From the IMG/VR virus record IMGVR_UViG_3300002220_000736: a DNA stretch of 64,000 nt. One strand, given 5' to 3'. Position numbers and translations under genes: made by a program. The stretch comes from an uncultured virus (IMG/VR IMGVR_UViG_3300002220_000736) (taxonomy: Duplodnaviria > Heunggongvirae > Uroviricota > Caudoviricetes). Below are positions 10,190-16,683 of this stretch, piece by piece; the stretch's first letter is position 1; every line of letters starts with the position of its first letter. The notes under the pieces were generated by a model that worked only from the letters and a program-made list of their open reading frames with translations, was not told the DNA's origin and ran no database searches.

Positions 10190-11390
10190 CTTGGATCGAA
10201 TAGGAAACCACATTCCTACTAAGTCACACTAACATTCAACTATCTTACAATTTTTTAAATGACCATTTTAATAAATAAAAAAGTTGTATTGTATATGAAA
10301 GTCAAAGTTTTCAAAATGTGAATTTAAATTTTTACAAATTTTTTTGAGTTTCATAAATTATATGCAAAGGGTATTTACATGTATTCGTATAGTAGTACAA
10401 TCGTATAGTGTGTAGGTATAGTTTCATCATTATAGTGCTTGTATGGTTGTAGTGTATTAGTGTAGTATTAATGATGATAGTATGGTTGCCTAATATGTAT
10501 GTATTGAATGATGAAAGGTCTTAGTTTTCATATTTGGTTTAAAAATTAGTTAGTATATAGAGAGGTACGCCAGCCCTGATCACACAAACCACTCCCCCAC
10601 CCCATACGTAAACATAATATCATCCATGACTATAAACCCCCTCCCCTACTGTTCCAACATAATATCATCATATACTAAGCTATGAAATTAACCTAAAAAT
10701 AACCCTCCTATATAGCACCTCTCCTATACCCTCAAAATATCATCACAGTACATGCACTATCTAACCATGTATTTTTACCTTCGCCCTCGAATAGACTAGA
10801 CACATATAGACTATCTTACTATCATAGATCAATAGTAGCCACACGAACACAAACATCATAGTAATACAGTAACACCACTACCTGAAGTTGGCACACTTCT
10901 CTAGTATAGTGGCCGGTTGTATTGCTTGTGTAGATAGCACCCTACGCAAGCGATAAACTATCATAGTGCACGGTGGGCACAAATGCCGCACTTTTCTTAA
11001 TACTACCTACTATCTATATAATACCTTAATACTACTAACAACCTCTATACACTACTAACTTACCCATACAACCCTTACCATGTTACTATACCTCTATACT
11101 GGTCTATCTATGTGTTTAGTGGTGTATATACGCCGTTTTATGCCTTTTTTGTGCGCTTATATCGTTTATAGTGCTATACCTTTATATTAGTGCCTACTTT
11201 TATGATATTGCTTTTAATCGCTTAAATTCGCTTAATTTCCTAGATATATACAGGTAACAAAAACTTAACAATTAATTAACATACGAATGTGCAACAAATT
11301 GAAACAATAGTCCGTACTTAGTGGTGTTGATAGGGCAGGGGTAAAACCCACATAATACAAACTGTTAAATACAAACACTTAAAACTAAAA
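10190..11390. other. Non-coding divergence region; candidate packaging/terminus region
   Basis: No ORF in the track; switch from G/T-rich to C/A-rich near 10570; C-tracts; lies next to terS. Confidence 0.5.
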
Positions 11391-11393
11391 AAG

Positions 11394-11552
11394 ATGAAAA
11401 AGTTATCTACCGGACAAATTGAATTATTAAAAAAAGCTAAACAAGTGGGGTCACGTTACTTTATTGTTTCTGCCAGAAAAATAGCTATTGCAAATGATGA
11501 TACTTTTGAAGGTGTGCAGGACAAATTTAAAAGACTTACTGATGAGGTTTAA
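11394..11552 (+). CDS. Small first early protein (52 aa); 3' end overlaps hammerhead
   Basis: MKKLSTGQIELL...KRLTDEV*, AT-rich initiation region. Confidence 0.6.
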   Translation: MKKLSTGQIELLKKAKQVGSRYFIVSARKIAIANDDTFEGVQDKFKRLTDEV

Positions 11553-11593
11553 ATAACCGAAATGGGTGAACACCTTAAACACCCATCTAAGTC
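11533..11593 (+). ncRNA. Type I hammerhead ribozyme
   Basis: Stem I GACTTA/TAAGTC, core CTGATGA, stem II GGTT/AACC, GAAA, stem III TGGGTG/CACCCA, cleavage triplet ATC (after C11587). Confidence 0.92.
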
Positions 11594-11628
11594 AAATTTA
11601 ATTTTTAAACAATTTAAAACTTTTTATC

Positions 11629-12588
11629 ATGAATGCACAAAATTTAAACGTTACTAACGAAGTAACAAAAGTACAAATGACCGCTGAACAGGTTGTAATT
11701 GATGAACAGGCAGCTGCCGCTGAACACGCTTTAAATGAACTTAAAGCAAACGTACAAAAGTATGCTATGTTAGCACCAAACGATCCCGCCCGTGTTGCAA
11801 TTGACGAACAGTTAACACCTGAAAAAGTAGCAGGGTATGTCGCCGATATTGCCAACAACAATGTGGATGAATTCACCTTTGAACTTTTGAAAGTTATCTT
11901 TTTTCAAAACAGTATCAAAACAATGTGCGGTATTGCCATAACAAGCGATGAAAACCAGATTAATCTGTTTGTGGCTAAAGGGTATCAAAAAAGTTTGGGC
12001 AAAGCACAACTAAAGGCTAAGGCTGAGGCTGAGGCTAAACAGGCTGAAGCAAAGTACAAAGCAGACCTGCAAAAATTCGAGCTTGAAACATTCGGCATTT
12101 TTGCACAATGGCTAAAAGACCAAAGCACTGAAGTCAACCGTTTAAAATCTGACAAAAGTAATGTCAATACTTTGTCAATTGATACGCTTAAAGGTAAATT
12201 TGCTGACTTGTTGGCCGTTATCAATGCTTCGCCTTTAAAGCCAGCTAAAGTTAAGTCTACCAAAAGTTCAAACGGTACGGGTACTTACAATTCTGAAAGC
12301 TATGCCAACCCAAAAAAGGCAGATGTGACCAAATTGATTGAGGGCTCAATTAACAAATGTTTGTATGATACTTTGGTCGCTGGTAGCTATACCAAAAGCG
12401 AATTACTTAAAGCCATTCAAACAGCTTTGCCCGAAAAAACTGAAGGCGCTATCAGGGTTGCAATTGAAAAGGCACTTAACGGACGTTTTGACGTTATCGT
12501 AACAAACGACAAACTTTCTATTGTACCCGTTACTTTACCGGACGTACCTATGGAAATTGTTGACACAACAAACGAAGCTGAAAAGTAG
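11629..12588 (+). CDS. Early protein, coiled coil plus putative C-terminal winged helix
   Basis: 319 aa ORF; AKAEAEAK coiled coil; TKSELLKAIQTALPEK. Confidence 0.7.
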   Translation: MNAQNLNVTNEVTKVQMTAEQVVIDEQAAAAEHALNELKANVQKYAMLAPNDPARVAIDEQLTPEKVAGYVADIANNNVDEFTFELLKVIFFQNSIKTMCGIAITSDENQINLFVAKGYQKSLGKAQLKAKAEAEAKQAEAKYKADLQKFELETFGIFAQWLKDQSTEVNRLKSDKSNVNTLSIDTLKGKFADLLAVINASPLKPAKVKSTKSSNGTGTYNSESYANPKKADVTKLIEGSINKCLYDTLVAGSYTKSELLKAIQTALPEKTEGAIRVAIEKALNGRFDVIVTNDKLSIVPVTLPDVPMEIVDTTNEAEK

Positions 12589-12600
12589 TTTTTTTAGTTG

Positions 12601-12654
12601 TACTTATTTGTGAACCCTGTCGGACTATTCTGACAGGGTTTTTTAGGTAAAAGA
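12601..12654 (+). ncRNA. Conserved hairpin element, copy 1 (terminator-like with extended stem)
   Basis: AACCCTGTCGGA/TCTGACAGGGTT, outer TACTTA/TAGGTA, then AAAGA. Confidence 0.55.
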
Positions 12655-12677
12655 CAGTTATACTTTTACATGTTCCT

Positions 12678-12708
12678 ACATAGTACTTTTTAGGGTACTA
12701 TGTTTTTT
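12678..12708 (+). terminator. Rho-independent terminator
   Basis: ACATAGTAC/GTACTATGT followed by T-run. Confidence 0.6.
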
Positions 12709-12744
12709 GTTTTTATGCCCGTTAAACATTCAAAATAGTTCTTT

Positions 12745-12777
12745 TTAGGTTGTTTTATGTATCTGGGTATATCTTTG
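12745..12777 (+). promoter_or_regulatory. Bacteroidota-type early promoter
   Basis: TATCTTTG 12770-12777 with TTAG/GTTG upstream. Confidence 0.5.
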
Positions 12778-12788
12778 TATAACCCTGC

Positions 12789-12925
12789 TAAAATAGTGCC
12801 TAAAATCGCAAATTTTGACCTTGAAAGATTGTTAATTGTCAACATGTACAAAATATCGCTTTTAAGCTACTTTTTTGCTTTAGGTATATGGTAACATGTT
12901 TTTATTAAAATAGTGCCTAAAATCG
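12789..12925 (+). repeat. Exact 20-bp direct repeat TAAAATAGTGCCTAAAATCG (two copies, 117 bp apart)
   Basis: Copies at 12789-12808 and 12906-12925. Confidence 0.9.
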
Positions 12926-12966
12926 AATATTTTACCAATAGGATAAACAATTAAAACTTAACTACT

Positions 12967-13197
12967 ATGAAAAGATCCGCAGGTTATTTATTTGTTATGT
13001 ACTTTGTTACTTTGTTAGTTATTCACGAAGTAATGCAAAGTAAAGCTAACGAAGCTGAAAAGTTTGGGGAGTTGTACGCTGTGACTATTATTAACGAACA
13101 CGAAGTACAACTAACAAACAGTAATGACACTATAAAGCTATTTTTTGAAAATAGTTATGTGCTATGTGATGAAACTATTGTTTACATCAATAAATAA
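12967..13197 (+). CDS. Small membrane-anchored early protein
   Basis: N-terminal hydrophobic segment. Confidence 0.6.
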   Translation: MKRSAGYLFVMYFVTLLVIHEVMQSKANEAEKFGELYAVTIINEHEVQLTNSNDTIKLFFENSYVLCDETIVYINK

Positions 13198-13205
13198 TTA
13201 TTACC

Positions 13206-13500
13206 ATGAAAAATAGACTAGCATTATTAACCAGACGACTTATTATTAAGAGTCGTCATAAATCAGTAACACTATGAAAAATTTACACGTTATTAATTAC
13301 CCCACGTATATTCCGTGGTCAGATTGTTGTGATGAATTTATTGTTATTTGTCTTAACTAAAACTTATTATCATGAAAAAATTAACATTAACTCCAGTTAG
13401 ATTGACTCCCATTAAGTTATTTATTTTAATGGTAGTTATTCCATTTATCATTAGTGTTGTGCTTATTATTTTACGGCACAATGTTGATACGTTATTATAA
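13206..13500 (+). CDS. Three tiny ORFs (13206-13277, 13274-13360, 13372-13500)
   Basis: Hand-translated; all start MK; first two coupled by ATGA overlap; last is hydrophobic. Confidence 0.45.
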
Positions 13501-13502
13501 CC

Positions 13503-13784
13503 ATGAAAGTATCAAAAGCTGTTCAGGATTTTGCTATTGCAAATAACCTGCAAATTGTTCCAATTACTTATAGAACTTTTGGGAAATGTAGTAAAAGGAA
13601 AGGCTTTGATTTAATTGATAAGGATAGGAATATCTTTGCCAGTTTGGAACCTAGATTTTCCATGTATGTAAAGTGGTATTTACGGAATGGTAGTACCAAA
13701 AGTGGAAATAGAAACTTTTATCGAATTACGGAAACAGTATTAAATGATTTAATTTGGGGTCAATACCCATCAAAACTTAAATAA
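13503..13784 (+). CDS. Hypothetical early protein
   Basis: ORF in tightly packed operon. Confidence 0.65.
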   Translation: MKVSKAVQDFAIANNLQIVPITYRTFGKCSKRKGFDLIDKDRNIFASLEPRFSMYVKWYLRNGSTKSGNRNFYRITETVLNDLIWGQYPSKLK

Positions 13785-13786
13785 TT

Positions 13787-14122
13787 ATGGAACGTGAGCA
13801 AATTTTGGAAATGCTGGAAAAACAGTTTAAGGCTGATTATGCTGGCAATGGTTATAAGGATGATTTTACTCCAGATGGATGTATGACCGAATGTAATTTT
13901 GGAGGTAAACTTGTTATATTAGGAAATTCCGGTGAGTCTGTTTTGGTCTGGTCTGATTGGTCGGACAATGCTTTGAGTACGGAATTAACTGAATGTGAAA
14001 TTGTGTATGAATTTGATTCGAATAACGATATGCCTGATACCGATGACGGAAATACTGTTGCTGGTTTCTATTTTGAAGAAACTTTTTATTCATTAGGGGA
14101 CTTTATGAGAATTAATTATTAA
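13787..14122 (+). CDS. Acidic hypothetical early protein
   Basis: ORF in operon; D/E-rich. Confidence 0.7.
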   Translation: MEREQILEMLEKQFKADYAGNGYKDDFTPDGCMTECNFGGKLVILGNSGESVLVWSDWSDNALSTELTECEIVYEFDSNNDMPDTDDGNTVAGFYFEETFYSLGDFMRINY

Positions 14123-14134
14123 CACATTTTGGAT

Positions 14135-14185
14135 TACTATTAGTACCCTGTCGGATTCGTTCGGCAGGGTTTTGTAGGTATAAGA
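14135..14185 (+). ncRNA. Conserved hairpin element, copy 2
   Basis: ACCCTGTCGGA-TTCG-TTCGGCAGGGT then TTTGTAGGTATAAGA; matches copy at 12601. Confidence 0.55.
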
Positions 14186-14210
14186 TATTAATCATTAAAA
14201 CTTATTTAAT

Positions 14211-14417
14211 ATGAAAAAACTACAACTATTTAAGGAAAACAACGAAATTTTGGGTTCTGACGGAATAATGTACGTTGATGGCCGTTTGGCTATCCGCAAC
14301 ATTAAAAAAGAAGTTCAAGAACGCAACAAACGAATGGTTAACTTTCCTCACGTGATAGCAGATTCATTTGCTATTTATTTAACAAGGAGTTTTTATGGAA
14401 AACAATATGAAATTTAA
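14211..14417 (+). CDS. Hypothetical early protein
   Basis: ORF with AT-rich start. Confidence 0.65.
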   Translation: MKKLQLFKENNEILGSDGIMYVDGRLAIRNIKKEVQERNKRMVNFPHVIADSFAIYLTRSFYGKQYEI

Positions 14418-14628
14418 CAACATGGAAACAAAAACAATTAAAGATATTCAAGAAATGATTACATTTTTAAAAGAAGTGAAAACGGAACACGGAAATATTC
14501 CAATACAAAGGGAATATGATGCCACCTATTGGCTAGGTTGTGATGTGCGTATTTTAGAAAATGTAAAAAATCCAGAGAATATATTCTCAGGTAAAGAAGA
14601 AATCATCACAGTCCTGCACATTTCCTAA
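14395..14628 (+). CDS. Hypothetical early protein (start uncertain)
   Basis: ORF track. Confidence 0.6.
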   Translation: MENNMKFNNMETKTIKDIQEMITFLKEVKTEHGNIPIQREYDATYWLGCDVRILENVKNPENIFSGKEEIITVLHIS

Positions 14629-14639
14629 AATAGAATAAT

Positions 14640-14813
14640 ATGAAAACATTAACTACTTATGATGCACTGACTGAAATTTTGGATCGTAGAAAATCCAAGT
14701 ATAAACAATTGGAAAAGCAATTAGATTATTTAGTTGCGCAATATGGAAAGGAATCTATTGAAGTTTATAATTTTTTAAATTCCCCATTTTTGCCCGTTTC
14801 AAGTCGGGAATAA
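14640..14813 (+). CDS. Small early protein (57 aa); 3' end overlaps twister
   Basis: MKTLTTYDAL...LPVSSRE* hand-translated. Confidence 0.55.
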   Translation: MKTLTTYDALTEILDRRKSKYKQLEKQLDYLVAQYGKESIEVYNFLNSPFLPVSSRE

Positions 14814-14857
14814 ATACAGAGTGACCGGATTCATTTCCGGTTTAATGTAACCAAAAA
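14787..14857 (+). ncRNA. Twister ribozyme, P3-type permutation
   Basis: P3 TTTTTG/CAAAAA; P4 CCCG/CGGG with loop TTTCAAGT; P2 TACA/TGTA; GAGTGA; P1 ACCGGA/TCCGGT; TAA cleavage (U14843/A14844); T2 GT/AC covariation. Confidence 0.82.
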
Positions 14858-14867
14858 AATAAACAAT

Positions 14868-15467
14868 ATGAAAACAGTAGAAATTAAAATTTACAAGTTT
14901 GGTGAACTTTCCGAGGACATACAAAGCAAAGTACTAGAAAAACACCATGAAATCAATGTGGATTATGAATGGTATGAGTGTGTTTATGAAACGTTCAAAG
15001 AAGATTATAAAGATTCTGGATTCAACATTGAGAAAATCTATTTTTCCGGATTTTCTAATCAGGGGGACGGTGCTATGTTTGAATATAGCAGAATTGATGA
15101 ATCTTTGCTTACTGAGTTTGTGGATTCCTTGGAATTAACACCAATGAGGAAATTGTGGTTAAAATCGCAAACAATTGTGTCCGGACGTGGAAAACATTCT
15201 GGGCATTATTACCATGAAAAAAGCTGCAACCATTCAATCAATTGGGAGTCTAACTTTTCATACAGCTACGCAATTAACTTTCATAACTGGATCGAATCTT
15301 TTGCTGCAAAATTTGAGGATTTTGTTATTGAGAAATACATGAACATGTGCAAGGAATTGTACAAAGCGTTGGAGGAAAGTTACGATTGGTTAACAAGTGA
15401 TGAACAAATAAAAGAAACTATTCTTTCCAACGATTATGATTTTACAGGATGTGGAGAACTTTATTAA
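14868..15467 (+). CDS. Conserved-type phage early protein
   Basis: IYKFGELSE...IYFSGFSNQGDGA...NDYDFT pattern seen in many phage early regions. Confidence 0.75.
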   Translation: MKTVEIKIYKFGELSEDIQSKVLEKHHEINVDYEWYECVYETFKEDYKDSGFNIEKIYFSGFSNQGDGAMFEYSRIDESLLTEFVDSLELTPMRKLWLKSQTIVSGRGKHSGHYYHEKSCNHSINWESNFSYSYAINFHNWIESFAAKFEDFVIEKYMNMCKELYKALEESYDWLTSDEQIKETILSNDYDFTGCGELY

Positions 15468-15476
15468 ACACATAAT

Positions 15477-15797
15477 ATGAAAGAACTCAAAATTTTGATT
15501 AAGGCTGATGGAGGTTTTATCGGTAGATTTTCTATGAAAGTAGAACATGGGATGATCGTTTCCATTACGGAACTCACTGAGCAAACAATTACGGAAAACA
15601 AAGAATGGAATTACTTTATTTCCTATTTTAGGGAAACATGCCAAACGTTTGTTCGTTCTGCACTTGTTGAAATTTTGGATTGGTCTGATTGGTATGTTTG
15701 TACTTATAATGTAAAATATAAACCTTTTGTTCATCTTTACATTTATGAGGGTGAAATACCTGAATTTTATGGCAATTTTAACGCTTATTATAAGTAA
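15477..15797 (+). CDS. Hypothetical early protein
   Basis: ORF in operon. Confidence 0.6.
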   Translation: MKELKILIKADGGFIGRFSMKVEHGMIVSITELTEQTITENKEWNYFISYFRETCQTFVRSALVEILDWSDWYVCTYNVKYKPFVHLYIYEGEIPEFYGNFNAYYK

Positions 15798-15909
15798 TAC
15801 GTTACTTTGTGCCAGATAGCACTAATTAAGGCCGGAAATAGCGTGGAAATGGTCTAATTATACAGATAATACAGTTATTAGTTTATTAATATTTTAAAAA
15901 TTACAAAAA

Positions 15910-16251
15910 ATGGAAAAGTATAAAGGGTGTTTAAAAAGTTTTCCTGAGGAAATTGTCAACAGGATGTTGGATTATCAGGAAGAGCAAGGAAACAAAAGGG
16001 ATGTTTCCGTGTTTGAGCAATCAGTAACGGCTGATTATCAATCAGGAGGATTTGATTGGGAAAGAACACAAGAAAAAGGTGATTTCTGGTGGAATGTAAC
16101 TCATGCGCGATTTACTGAATATTTCGCAAAATACCAGAAAAAATCTGAATACCCTAAAGTTATGGAAGTAAGTCACGGCCAAAAAGTCCCTGAATACACA
16201 ATGGATGATTTATTTGCCAAATTAGGTGAAAAGTTTATTATTAAAAAATAA
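15910..16251 (+). CDS. Hypothetical early protein
   Basis: FPEEIVNRML...GGFDWERTQEKGDFW. Confidence 0.7.
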   Translation: MEKYKGCLKSFPEEIVNRMLDYQEEQGNKRDVSVFEQSVTADYQSGGFDWERTQEKGDFWWNVTHARFTEYFAKYQKKSEYPKVMEVSHGQKVPEYTMDDLFAKLGEKFIIKK

Positions 16252-16253
16252 AA

Positions 16254-16305
16254 GGCATACCGATGATGGATTTATTATCCGAAACTCCGTGACGGAGTCT
16301 ATGTC
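16254..16305 (+). ncRNA. Type I hammerhead ribozyme, variant core
   Basis: Stem I GGCATA/TATGTC, core CCGATGA plus extra T, stem II GGAT/ATCC, GAAA, stem III CTCCG/CGGAG, GTC cleavage (after C16299). Confidence 0.85.
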
Positions 16306-16320
16306 AAAAATTAACTAAAC

Positions 16321-16683
16321 ATGAGTACATACATTGAATTTCCCAACGGGGATAAAGTTCACATTTACGACAGATTTGTTGGTGGTGATATTCTGTGGAA
16401 AGTTATAGAAACAGGACACGTATATTTACGTGAAAGAACTGCCATAAAACGTTCAATTCTTTCATACAGAAAAAAAGTAAATGGAACAACTACACCAAAA
16501 AGAAAAAGAGGAAAAGTATTGCATTGTAGGGGACATTCCTTTGAGATTGTGCAGCCTACTATTTTGTCAGTGTATGAAAATGGTATCCTTTATCACATGG
16601 TAGTGGAAACAGGAAAGAAGTATAGGAAAATAGATAAAGCAATGAAAAAAGCAATAGAATATGTCCAGCGCAATTCCAAATAG
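16321..16683 (+). CDS. Basic hypothetical protein
   Basis: ORF directly downstream of hammerhead. Confidence 0.6.
   Translation: MSTYIEFPNGDKVHIYDRFVGGDILWKVIETGHVYLRERTAIKRSILSYRKKVNGTTTPKRKRGKVLHCRGHSFEIVQPTILSVYENGILYHMVVETGKKYRKIDKAMKKAIEYVQRNSK

Noticed and set aside
12789..12925. CRISPR mini-array
   Set aside because: Only two 20-bp copies with a 97-bp gap, and no cas genes
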